From assembly GCF_030028105.1 (NCBI RefSeq), contig NC_092379.1:20003309-20067308 (forward strand): DNA of 64,000 nucleotides, written 5' to 3'. Under the pieces are notes generated by a model, which saw only the letters and a list, made by a program, of their open reading frames with translations, had not been told where the DNA came from and did not search any database. This DNA comes from Mobula birostris. Taxonomy: Eukaryota. Both the position numbers and the translations under genes were made by a program. Numbering within the stretch: the first letter of the stretch is position 1; every line of letters begins with the position of its first letter. Below, one piece after another: positions 37,016 to 49,320 of this stretch.

Positions 37016-40000
37016 TCTCATCCTTCTGTTGTACAAAGAAGAAGCCTGAACAGCAGGGGAGTTGGAGGGTTGAGTGAAGCCCGTGGCAAGAGCCTCCTTA
37101 ATATACTCTTCCATTACGCTACTCTCTGGGCCTTAAAGCATGTACAGTCAAACTTGTAGGGGAAAAGTACTGGGCTGCAGGTCTACAGACAGTTGTATGG
37201 TTGGTGCGGTGGTAGAGTCAAGGCCTTTTCCTTGCTGAAGAAGTCCTTCAAGTCCTTGTAGATGGAAGGGAATTTGACCAGTTTGGGTGTTGCTATCTCC
37301 GTCTGACCTTCTTTCAGGGATGACCCCTGAGGTTTTTTAGGCAGCAGGAGGGATTCAGCCAACCTCAGAGTCCGCTCCCTAGGCTTACAAAGCTCATTCA
37401 TGGAAATGGGCCAATTCAGAGTTCAAATCCCTGTCAGAATCCTCAGGCGATGCAACAAAGTATTACAGAGGGTTCTTTGTCTCCTGAAAATAGGCTTGAA
37501 GGTTCAGTGTGAGGGAGTGTTTTCCCTTCCTTGATAACTGGTGGCTGGATTCCTTAAGCTTGTCTGCAAGTTCCCCAGACTGTTCAGGCATCTCCTTGGT
37601 CCTCTCCTGAACTAGAGATTCCTTCTCTCTAGTTCCTGTGGGATCCTGACTAGATCGTGTCCCATTGGCTGGAACCGGCTTGTCCGTCCCTGAGGGCAGG
37701 AATAGTTCTCCAGACAATCTCAGGTTACCTCACACTGAAAGCTGCCCAGTCTTTCAATGACTGGACCAAGCAATGATTCCCCACATCCCCAGTCTATGGA
37801 TGGGTTATGCTGGGACAGCCAAAGGTACCCGAAGATCAGGGGTATGAGTGGAGAGTCAATAATGTAGAAACTAATGTCGTCCACATGATCCCCGATCCTC
37901 ATCTGCAAATCCACAGTCTGTTGCTGGATCTGTCCGGAACCTAGTGGGTGAACAGTCAAGACATTTGTGAGCATGGGTTGCCCCAGAGTTCACAGAAGCC
38001 CTCACCTGCCTTAAGTTCTTACCCCAGGTAAACTCTGCCTTCAGCACAAACCCAGAATCAGTGGGATTGGGAATAGTGGCTGCTACCATCACGGTCCTCT
38101 CGATACTGGCTGGTCTTAGCAGTCCTAATGATTGCAGCCTGGGTCTGTCAGCTCACCGGTGACATAATCCCCTACAGTCAAAGCAGCGACCTTGATTCCT
38201 ACCTCAAGAGAGTCTAGTGCAACCGACCTGCATGGGTTTGACTGGATCTTGAGCAGGTGATGGGCTGGTTATGGTTCGAGATTGTGGAGAGGAACTGTGA
38301 GACATAGGGACCGGGCTTGGATTGGCTCTCTTTGATCTCCTGAAGTGGTCCTACTTTTGCTATGCCAGATGATTATCAAGACGGATGGACTGGTCAGTCA
38401 GAACCTCAAAGTTTTCTGCTGTCTCAGCCACAGCGAGGGCATTCTTCAGTTCATCTCAAAGTCCAAGGTGGTATAGCAGGGCTAAGGCCTCCCCATTCCA
38501 ACCACTCTCTTGGGGCAAGGTCCAAATTTCGATCGTGTAGTCAGCCACGGACCATCTCCCTTGCTGAACCTTCATTAGGCGATCTGAGGGTCGGCTGGCT
38601 TTGGCAGGTTGATGGAACACCTTCCTCATGGGGACCATGAACTCCTACGAATCCAAACAGATCTCTGACCTATGTTCCCAGTGCGCAGTAGCCATGCCAG
38701 GGCTCTTCCAGGTAGGAGAGAGATAACGAAGGCCACTTTTCCACACTCTGAAGGGAACCGGGATGGCTGTAATTCAAACACTAATGAGTATTGGGTGAGG
38801 ACACCGTGGCAAGAATCCGGGTCACCATCGAACCTCTCCGAGGCTGGAAGATGTGCTGGCTCCCCTGAGCGACCTTGGCTTGCTTCTTGTGAAAGTTGAT
38901 GAACAGGTACCTAGAGGTCGTGAATCTCCAGGCCTCATCTGGAAAACCTTTCACTGTGGCTGGCCACAGCAGACAAAAAATTCTGATATCCTGCTGGGTC
39001 CATGTTGGCTCAATCGTACTGTGACGACAATCCTTGATAAGGATGGCTTGGACCCAATTGTTGGGGTAAACGAGGCAAGTTTCTAAACATGGTATCAAAC
39101 TTGATCTGAGCACAAACAAACGCTAGATGATATCACTAGTAGGTTTATCATTGAACACCAAACTTCTGTTCAGCTGTTCCTTAAATACTCAATTCTTGGT
39201 GCCCAAAACATGATTACCAATCAGTGGAACCATCCTGAACCTTTAAAGGGTCTGCACCAGCTATCTGTACCCCCGGAAAGTTCGAGTATCTAAAACCCAG
39301 AAGCCGGTGCAGTTGGGTGTGTCTCATAACAAAGATTTCTGGCTGCTCACCCTCACTATTGAGAATTCCATGGACACAATCTGTGACATCCCTGTTCTTG
39401 GCAGCAGGGATGCAACATACCATCTGTGTGTCTCTATCGAGCCCACAGAACCTCGTCCCTGTTCCTCTGACTAAGGAACCTCCTATCATCACTGCATTCC
39501 TCTTCACCTCTCTCCTCTTCTGAGTCACATCACCAGACTTAGTGCCAGAGACCCGGTCACTCTGGCTCCCCTTCAATATTATCTAAAGTTAAATACTTAT
39601 TATTGAGGGGAACAGCCACAGGTGTTCTCTGCACTGGCTGTGCATTTCCCCTCCTTCTCCTGACAGTCACCCAGTTACCTGCAACTTTGGGGTAACTACC
39701 TACCTGTAGCTTCTGTCTCTTACCTCCTCATTCTCCCGTATGAGTTAAAGGTCATCGAGCTGCAGCTCCAGTTCCTTAATAAATTCTCTCAGTTGCTGCA
39801 ACTCAGTGCACCTGGTACAGATGTGTTCACCTGGGAGACTGGGGTCTCCCAGACTTCCCACATCCCACACAGAGTGCAAAACACTGCCCCTGGAGCCCTA
39901 ATAGATGAGGAATGAACAAATATGAACAGAAAGAGAGAAATGTTATGATCTTATGGAAGGTGGATCAGGGACTAAACAGAGGAAATTCATGAGACATTAT

Positions 40001-40081
40001 CTCCCACACAGAGAGCCTTGCTCACTAATCCTAATCTACACCAGTTTTCTGAAATAGCTCTTAACCCTCAGAACTCCTCCA

Positions 40082-40640
40082 TTAAGACCATAAGAGATTG
40101 GAGCAGAATTAAGCCATTTGGCCTATTAAGTTTGCTCTACCATTTCATCATGGCTGATCCATTTTCTCTCTTTGCCCCAATCTCCTGCCTTCTCTCTGTA
40201 TCTCTTCATGCCCTGACTAATCAAGGATCTATCAACCTCTGCCTTGAATATATCTAAAGACTTGGTCTACGGCCACTTGGTGCAACAAATTCCACAGATT
40301 CACCACTCTCTGCCGAAAGAAATTTGACCTCATCTCCATTCTGAAAGGACACCCTCTATTCTGAGGCTGTGTCCTCTGGTCTTAGATTCTCCCACCACAG
40401 GAAACACCCTCTCCACATCCACTCTATTGAGGCCTTTCAATATTCCAGTGGTTTCAATGGGGTCTCCCCTCATTCTTCTGAATTCTGGTGAGCATAGTCA
40501 CAAAGGCATCAAACGCTCTTCATATGACAAGCCTTTAAATCCCAGAATCATTTTTTGTGAATCTCCTTTGAACCCTCTCCAATGTTAGCACATTCCTTCT
40601 GAGATAAGAGGCCCAAAACTGCTCACAGTACTCCAAGTGA
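40082..40640 (-). mobile_element. CR1 3' part, paralogous to 12725-13270, truncated by deletion
   Basis: Same flanking unique sequence and tail as the 12725 copy. Ends at GCTCACAGTACTCCAAGTGAGG. Confidence 0.85.
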
Positions 40641-40644
40641 GGAT

Positions 40645-42945
40645 ATTGTATAGAATTGTTTCCATGGAAATTCCATTGACAAGTTGTTTCTGTTTGTATA
40701 AAACCACATGTGATAGAATTCCCTCAGATAGGGTATTGGGAGTGACTCTGCCAATAATTGTATTGGTCAGTCCTGCTTACACATGCACTCCAGGTTATGG
40801 GCATGGGGAATCTCCACAGGATCTGGTCCCAAGTTGTCACCTGTTCCTGCGATAATTTCCTCAGTATCTGATTCAGTGCCATGCCCCTCATGACCTGCTC
40901 TGCACTCCAGGTTATGGCACTCTCCTCCAATCTGTGATTTTGAGTGCAGTCTCCAAAATCTGCTCCATATGTATTTTCCCATATGACTGAACATGGTGCA
41001 TTCCTGAGATGTGAGGCTGGGAATCTGATTTTCGGATTCTTCCAAATAACTAATTTTAAATTGTTTCTCATACATGGGAATCACAACCTTCCCTAAGATC
41101 AATCGTGCATTCCCAAGCTCTGTCATATTCCCTCATAAATGACATTGAGAATTAACCACAATTTCTGGTCCTGTGAAGGGGTATTTTTCCCATTGTCTGG
41201 TCCTTCACAGTTTTCCCCAATGTCTATTCCTGGAGTATATTCCTTCAATGTCTGGTCCTGTGTGCCTTCCTCCAATGTCTGTCCCTTGGGCTTGCTCTGC
41301 TCAAATCAGGTGCTGGTGCCCATCACCCAAACCCCTGTTGTATTCTATTCTATTCTCGGTTTGCATTCATCTAGTACCCGTTTATGTTTTCTACTCCTAT
41401 TGTGTTTTACCCTAGTATCTGGTGTATTTTCTTGCACTGCCATATTTTCTAAAATTGTTCTGTCTTGCTGACATCACATTAAAACACTTACATGGTTGAT
41501 ATCCAGTTCTGTCTCAGCTTTACTTGTACCAACAGCTCCACACTCTCTGATGGGGGATGCTGCAGGATGCACAAAGTTTCCTTCAGCTAAGCACTGGGAA
41601 AAGCAAAAGCTTTGGGCCCCACAGTGAGTTCTGTTTCAGGGCACTGATGCTGTTGTCCGTTTTCAGTGACCTGAGAACAGAAATTCAGGCTGACTTGACT
41701 GTTCACTGTAGTACAGAGGGACAAAGGTACTACCTTTCAGCTGAGACATTGAGGGAGATTGTGTGTATAATGGAGAAGCTCCTGTACCGACGGTTTTATA
41801 GGACATGGAGTGTGGAGAATTCGGATAACGTATTAAAATATGGATTGGGACACTCATTAGGAAACATTCCACCAATATCTGGCTCTGGGATGTATAACAG
41901 GTTTCTGAGAAACTCTTCCAATGAGCCCCTGTGTTTTCCTGAATATTTTTCTCGGGGTGCAGCACCCGAGTATTCCCACTGTGGGAAATCCCCCATGAAC
42001 ATGATCAGTATGTGTGGGGCTACACTCATATATTACAGGCTGGAAATCTCTCTGATATTTGTCCTGGGATGCATTACCCACTCGTTGTACGTGGAGGCAG
42101 GTGAAGTCACTGCAGTGATGAGGGAACAAAGATGGGCAACTCCAGACACTTCATTTTCTTTTTCTCTTTGTTTTTAATGAATACAATTTCAAATCATGAC
42201 ATAAACTCTAGCAGAAAATTGAAAGAAAAGCTACAGGCAATGGTTTCCACAACATCTGATTTACAAAATATGACAGAGCAAGATCCCAAAACCACTTTCT
42301 ACCACACTCCCCCTCCCCACGTCACCTTCTTGCTCCATAACAATAATAACCACTTCCTCACCTCCCACCTCTCCATCACAAACTACTCCCCCATCCTCTG
42401 CTCCCCATTCCCAAGCCTTAATCTTGCCTTCCTCTCCCCTCCTGTATACCCCCTCCAGTGTCACATATCCTGCCATTTTCCCAATGTATCATCCACTGCT
42501 GTCCCTCCGCCCACCGAACCGGCTCTGTGCCCCCATTTCCCATCAGGCATCCCCGGTACATTTAGAGGTTTATTTTCTGAAATGAGCAGTTGCAGTGCAG
42601 TAGCCTCAGATTGCCGAGTGAGTGAGATGGAGACTCCATTTCCAAACATCGCAGCCACAGGAGGATTTCTTCATTGAACGTGGGGCGCGTATCTGCTGGT
42701 CACTGCTGAGCCTGAAATATAGACAGGAGAGTATGATATTGTGTGTGACAAGGTGCAGCACAGACCTTAACCTGTGAGGACAGGTGAACTAAATAACAGA
42801 CGGTCTGTCCTCATTCCAGGAGATGGAACCCCATGACGAGGTGTCTGTCAGTATTCTCCAAGGTCACCTCAGAACAAGAATCTGAATACCTGTTCAAACC
42901 TTTAGGATGATCCATAGATGGGCTAATGTTTTCGGTCCTGAATAA
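40645..42945 (-). pseudogene. Unidentified non-TE gene-like relic, copy B
   Basis: Colinear paralog of 21120-23945, about 85-95% similar by eye. Confidence 0.5.
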
Positions 42946-45900
42946 GACCAGAAGATGAGATATAGAAGCAAAATTAGGCCACTTGGCCCGTCGAGTCTGC
43001 TCCAGCATTTCATCATGGCTGATCCATTTTCCTCTCAGCTCCAATCTCTTGCCTTCTCTGAGTATCACTTCATGTCCTGACTAATCTAGAATCTATCAAC
43101 CTCTTCCTTAAATATATCCAATGACTTGGCTTCCATTGCTGACTGTGGCAATGATTTCCACAGATTTACCACTCTCTGGATGAATAAATCCTCCTCATCT
43201 CCATTCAAAATGGACGACCCTCTATACTGAGGTTTGAAATCATCCTCTCCACATCCACTCTGTCGAGGCATTTCAACATAGTATAGGTTTCAATGAGATC
43301 CTCCACTCATCCTTTAGAATTTCAGTGAGTACAGGCCCAGAGCCATTAAACATTCCTCATATGATCAGCCTTTCAATCCTGGAATCATTTTTGTGAGCCA
43401 CCTTTGGTCCCTCTCCAATGTCAGCACATGCTTTCTTAGAAAAAGGGCCCAATACTGTTCCTAGTGCTCAAAGTGAGGCCTCACCAGGGCTTGAGAATGT
43501 CTCAATATTATATCCTTGCTTTTATCTTCAAGTCCTCTCGAACTGAATGCTGACATCGCATTTGCCTTCCTCACCACTGACTTAACCTGCAAATTAACCT
43601 TTCGGGAGTCCTGCATGGGGACTCCTGAGATCCTTTGGACCTCAAATTTTTGAATTTTCTTTCCATTTAGAAAATACTCTTTGCTTTTACTTATTCTACT
43701 AAAGTTCATGACCGTACACTTCCCGACACTGTATTCCATCTGCCACTTCTTTGCCCGTTCTCCTAATCTGTTTAAGTCCTTCTGTAGCCTCTCTGCTTCC
43801 TCAACTCTATCTATCTTCATATCGTCTGCAAAGTTGACAACAAAGTCATCAATTCTGTCATCCAAATCACTGACAAATAACAGAAAAATCAGTCCCAATA
43901 AATGCTCTTTTCATGCTGGTATCTTTCCTGTAATGCCATGGGCTCTTAAGCAGCCTCATATGTGGCACCTTCTCAAAGGTCTTCAATTCTGCTTTGTCTA
44001 TCCTGCTTGTTATTTTTTCGAAGAATTCCAACAGATTTGTCAGGCAAGGCTGTCCTTTCAGGAAACCATGCTGGCTTCGGCCTATTTTGTCATGTGCCTC
44101 CAAGTACCCCAAAACCCCATCTTTAAAATCTTCCCAACCACTGAGGTCAAGTTAATTGGATGATAATTTCCTTTTGTCTGCCTCTTTCCCTTCTTGAAGA
44201 ATGGCGTGACAATTACAATTTTCCAGTCCTTCAGAACCATGCCAGAATCTCGTGATTCCTGAAAGATCATTACTAATGCCTTCATATTCTCTTCAGCCAC
44301 CTCTTTCAGAACCCTGGAGTGTAGACCATCTGATCCAAGTGACTTATCTACCTTCAGACCTTTCAGTTTCCAAAGCACCTTCTCCCTGTGAATAACAACT
44401 TCACTCCCTTCTTCTCCCTGACACTCTCGAGTTTCCATCATGCTGCTAGTGTCTTACCCAGTGAAGTCTGATGCAAAGTACTTATTCAGTTCATCCACCA
44501 TTTCCTTGTCCCCCATTACTACCTCTCCAGCATCATTTTCCAGCACTCCAATATCTCCTCTCACCTCTCTTTTACACTTTACATATCCGAAGAATCTTTT
44601 GGTGTCCTCTTTAATATTATTGGCTAGCTTACATCTTTTTATTTCTAACTTCTTTAGTTGTCTTCTGTTGATTTTTAAAAGCTTCCCAATCCTTTAACTT
44701 CCTACTAATTTTTGCTCTATTATATGCCCGTCGTTTGGCTTTTATGTTGGCTTTGACTTCTCTTATCTGTCACGGTTGCGACATCCTGGATTTTGAATAC
44801 TTCTTCTTCGGGATGTATCTATCTTGTGGTTTCTGAATTGCTCCCAGAAGCTCCAGCCATTGCTGCTCTGCTGTTGTCCCTGCCAGTGTCCCCTTCCAAT
44901 CAATTTTGTCCAGCTCCTTTCTCATGCCTCTATAATTCCCTTTATTCCACTGTAATACTGATACATCTGACTCTAGCTACTCCTTCTCAATTTGCAGAGT
45001 GAGTTCTATCATATTATGATCACTGGACCCTCAGGGTTTCTTTACCTTAAGCTCTCTAATCAATTCCAGTTCATTGCGTAACACCCAGTCCAGAATAACT
45101 AATCCCCTGATGTGCTCGACAATGACTTGCTTTAAAAAGCCATCTTGTAGGCATTCTACAAATTTCCACTCTTGAGATCCAGCACCAACTTGTTACTCCC
45201 AATCTGCCTGCATATTGAGATTCCCCCATGACTATTGTAACATTGCCCTTTTGATGTGCATTTTCTTTCTCCTGTTGTAGTTAGTAGACCACATCGTTGC
45301 TACTGTTTATCGGGTCTTTTTTTATCCTTGCAACTCCTTAACTCTACCCACAATGATTCTACACCTTCTGATCCTATATCATCTCTTTCTGTTGATTCGA
45401 TTTCATTTTTTTTACCAACATAGCCAACCCACCCCTCTACCTACCTGCCTGTCCTTTTGATACAATGGATACCTTTGGATATTAAGCTCCTAGCTGTAAT
45501 CTTCAGCTATGATTCAGTGATGCCACAACATCATGCATTCCAATCTGTAGCTGTGCCACAGGTTCATCTACGTTATTCCATATACTGTGTGCATTGAAAT
45601 GTTACACCTTCACTTTTGTATTCATCACCCTTTTCTATTTTGTCCTCCTTTTACATTGCAATTCATCCCACTGACTGCAATTTTGCCCTATCATCATCCC
45701 CTGCTTGCTGGTAGTCTCACCACACACTGTTTCTGTTAGTAAACCAATGACTCAATCCTCCGCCCTATCACTCCATTTCCCATGCCCCTCCCAAATTAGT
45801 TTAAACCCTCCTGAACAGCTCTAGCAAACCTGCCCATAAAGATATTTGTCCCCCTCAGGTTCAGGTGTTATCCATCTCTTTTGTACAGGTCACACCTTCC

Positions 45901-46080
45901 CCAGAGGTGATCACAGTGATCCAGAAATCTGACCCCCTGCCCCCTACACCAGTTCCTCAGCTATGCAATCATCTGCCAAATCATCCTCTTCTTACCCTTA
46001 CCCTGCTGTTCTCTCAATACAACTCATGCTTGATTTCCTTGTTTAAATTCAGGATTATTGCCCCAAATACCCTTTCACAT
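42945..46080 (-). mobile_element. Long decayed CR1 LINE
   Basis: ORFs 43461-43898 and 44082-44441 are CR1 RT segments. Endonuclease remnants extend to about 45700. Confidence 0.85.
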
Positions 46081-46109
46081 TCTGCCACCTCCTGCAAGTT
46101 TGCACCTTA

Positions 46110-49100
46110 ACAGGTGGGGGACCAGCATTCTGGCAGGCAGGTTTGCCATTGCTACACGGGTGTGTTTAAACTAAGTAGTGGAGGGAAGGAGAGGAAATAT
46201 AAGGATGGAGTTAAAGGGAAAGAGAAAATAAGGAAAGTTAAGAAAGACAACAGAATTAACGGGGCAGGAAGCTCAGGAAGTGATCGGAGAGTATGGCCAA
46301 GTGCAACAGGAATCGATGTGAAAGGTGAGGGGAGTAATGGATTAAAAGTATTATATATGAATGCATGAAGTATAAGAAATAAAGTGGATGAGCTTCAGGC
46401 ACAGTTGGAAATCGGCAAGTATGATGTTGTAGGAATAACAGAGACATGGCTGCAAGAGGACCAGGACTGGGAAATGAATATTCAAGGTATACGTCCTATC
46501 GAAAGGACAGACAGGTGGGCAGAGCGGTTGGGGTGTCTCTGTTGGTGAGGAATGAAATTCAATCCCTTGCGAGGGGCGACATAGAATCAGGAGATGTAGA
46601 GTCAGTATGGGTAGAGTTGAGAAATTGTAAGGGCAAAAAGACCCTGATGGGAGTTATCTACAGACCCCCAAACAGTAGTCTGTATTTAGGGTCCAAGTTG
46701 AATCAAGAGTTAAAATTGGCATGTCACAAAGATAATGCTATGGTTGTTATGGGGGATTTCAAAATGCAGGTAGACTGTGAAAATCGGGTTGGTACTGGAC
46801 CCCTAGAAAGGGAGCTTGTGGAGTGCCTCCGAGATGGATTCTTAGAGCAGCTTGTACTGGAGCCTACCAGAGAGAAGGCAATTCTGGATTTAGTGTTGTG
46901 TAATGAGCCAGATTTGATAAGGGAACTCGAAGAAAAGGAGCCATTAGGAAGTAGTGACCGTAATATGAAAAGTTTTAGTCTACAATTTGAGAGGGAGAAG
47001 CAAAAATCAGAAGTGTCAATATTACAGTTGAACAAAGAGGTCTATGGAGCCGTGAGGGAGGAGCTGGCCAAAATTGACTGGAAAGATACCCTAGCAGGGA
47101 TGACAGTGGAACAACAATGGCAGGTATCTCTGGGAATAATACAGAAGGTACAGGATCAGTTCATTCCAAAGAGGAAGAAAGATTCTAAGGGGAGTAAGGG
47201 GCGACCGTGGCTGACAAGGGAAGTCAAAGACAGTATAAAAATAAAAGAGAAGAAGTATAACATAACAAAGATGAGTGGGAAGCCGGAGGGTTGGGAAACT
47301 GTTAAAGAGCAACAGAAGTTAACTAAAAAGGCAATACGAGGAGAAAAGATGAGATACGAAGGTAAGCTAGCCAGGAATATAAGGGAGGATAGTAAAAGCT
47401 TCTTCAGGTATGTGAAGAGGAAAAAATTAGTTAAGACCAAAGTTGGGCCCTTGAAGACAGAAACGGGTGAATTTATTATGGGGAATAAGGAAATGGCAAA
47501 CAAGTTGAACAGGTACATTGGATCTGTCTACACTTGGGAAGACACCAACAATCTCCCAGATGTAATAGTAGCTGGAGGACCCAGGGTAACGGAGGAACTG
47601 AAGGGGATTCACGTTAGGCAGAAAATGATGTTGGATAGACTGATGGGACTGAAACCATAGAAACTACAGCACAGAAACAGGCCGTTTGGCCCTTCTTGGC
47701 TGTGCCGAACCATTTTCTGCCTAGTCCCACTGACCTGCACACGGACCATATCCCTCCAAACACCTCCCATCCATGTATCTGTCCAATTTATTCTTAAATG
47801 TTAAAAAAGAACCCGCATTTACCACCTCGTCTGGCAGCTCATTCCATACTCCCACCACTCTCTGTGTGAAGAAGCCCCCCATAATGTTCCCTTTAATCTT
47901 TTCCCCCCTCACCCTTAACCCATGTCCTCTGGTTTTTTTTCTCCCCTTGCCTCAGTGGAAAAAGTCTGCTTGCATTCTCTCTATCTATACCCATCATAAT
48001 TTTATATACCTCTATCAAATCTCCCCTCATTCTTCTATGCTCCAGGGAATAAAGTCCTAACCTATTCAACCTTTCTCTGTAACTGAGTTTCTCAAGTCCC
48101 GGCAACATCCTTGTAAACCTTCTCTGCACTCTTTCAACCTTATTTATATCCTTCCTGTAATTTGGTGACCAAAACTGAACACAATACTCCAGATTCGGCC
48201 TCACCAATGCCTTATACAACCTCATCATAACATTCCAGCTCTTATACTCAACACTTTGATTAATAAAGGCCAATGTACCAAAAGCTCTCTTTACGACCCT
48301 ACCTACCTGTGACGCCACTTTTAGGGAATTTTGTATCTGTATTCCCAGGTCCCTCTGTTCCACTGCACTCCTCACTGCCTTACCATTAACCCTGTATGTT
48401 CTACGTTGGTTTGTCCTTCCAACGTGCAGTACCTCACACTTGTCAGTATTAAACTCCATCTGCCATTTTTCAGCCCATTTTTCCAGCTGGTCCAAGTCCC
48501 TCTGCAGGCTCTGAAAACCTTCCTCACTGTCTACCACACCTCCAATCTTTGTATCATCAGCAAACTTGCTGATCCAATTTACCACATTATCATCCAGATC
48601 ATTGATATAGGCTAATAAATTCCCAGATCCTGATGGTCTGCATCTCAGGGTACTTAAGGAGGTGGCTCTAGAAATCGTGGACGCATTGGTAATCATTTTC
48701 CAATGTTCTATAGATTCAGGATCAGTTCCTGCAGATTGGAGGGTTTCTAATGTTATCCCACTTTTTAAGAAAGGAGGGAGAGAGAAAACAGGCAATTATA
48801 GACCAGTTAGTCTGACATCAGTGGTGGAGAAAATGCTGGAATCAATTATAAAATATGAAATAGCAGCACATTTGGATAGCAGTGGCAGGATAGGTCCAAG
48901 TCAGCATGGATTTACGAAGGGGAAATCATGCTTGACTAATCTTCTGGAATTTTTTGAGAATGTAACTATGAAAATGGACATGGGAAAGCCAGTGGATGTA
49001 ATGTACCTGGACTTTCAGAAAGCCTCTGATAAGGTCCCACATAGGAAGTTAGTGTGCAAAATTAGAGCAAGTAGTATTGGGGGTAGGGTAGAAAATTGGT

Positions 49101-49320
49101 TGGCAGACAGGAAACAAAGATTAGTGATTAATGGGTCCTTTTCAGAATGGCAGGCAGTGACTAGTGGGGTACCGCAAGGCTCGGTGCTGGGACCGCAGCT
49201 ATTTACAATGTACATTAATGATTTAGATGAAGGGATTAAAAGTAACATTAGCAAATTTGCAGATGACACAAAGCTGGGTCGCAGTGTGAAATGTGAGGAA
49301 GGTGTTATGAGAATGTAGGG
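46110..49320 (+). mobile_element. Relatively young CR1 (endonuclease and RT), 3'-truncated, with a nested minus CR1
   Basis: ORF 46446-47660 (GVIYRPPNS, VMGDF, DLVLCNEPDLI) and ORF 48662-49318 (RT to KFADDTKL). Confidence 0.95.
47655..48609 (-). mobile_element. Young 5'-truncated CR1 3' end with intact frame, inserted in the plus CR1
   Basis: ORF part [21 protein letters not shown]...YCVQFWSPNY; tail CATAGAAACTACAGC; host frame resumes at 48610. Confidence 0.92.

Larger units (their letters stand above)
33965..39331 (-). mobile_element. Near full-length decayed chromodomain Ty3/Gypsy element (copy B): LTR-gag-pol-LTR
   Basis: LTRs 33965-34221 and 39020-39331 with TG...CA-type ends; 5-bp TSD AAGAC/AAGAT. 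PPT near 34222-34232; gag ATG at 39003 (MDPAG). Protease, RT, RNase H, integrase ([11 protein letters not shown]) and chromodomain (YLMDWEGF) all present. Confidence 0.95.
32185..39900 (-). mobile_element. CR1 LINE hosting the Gypsy insertion (32185-33964 and 39332-39900)
   Basis: RT motifs in ORFs 32234-33279. The CR1 sequence CCAAGAC|TTCTGGCTGCTCACCC rejoins across the Gypsy element. Confidence 0.85.

Noticed and set aside
39004-39331. Direct evidence of self-priming complementarity in the Gypsy LTR
   Set aside because: I could not find a sequence complementary to the PBS in the decayed LTR.
46446-47660. 404-aa ORF as a host gene
   Set aside because: It is the CR1 ORF2 endonuclease/linker, repeated in inverted form at 49400-50750.
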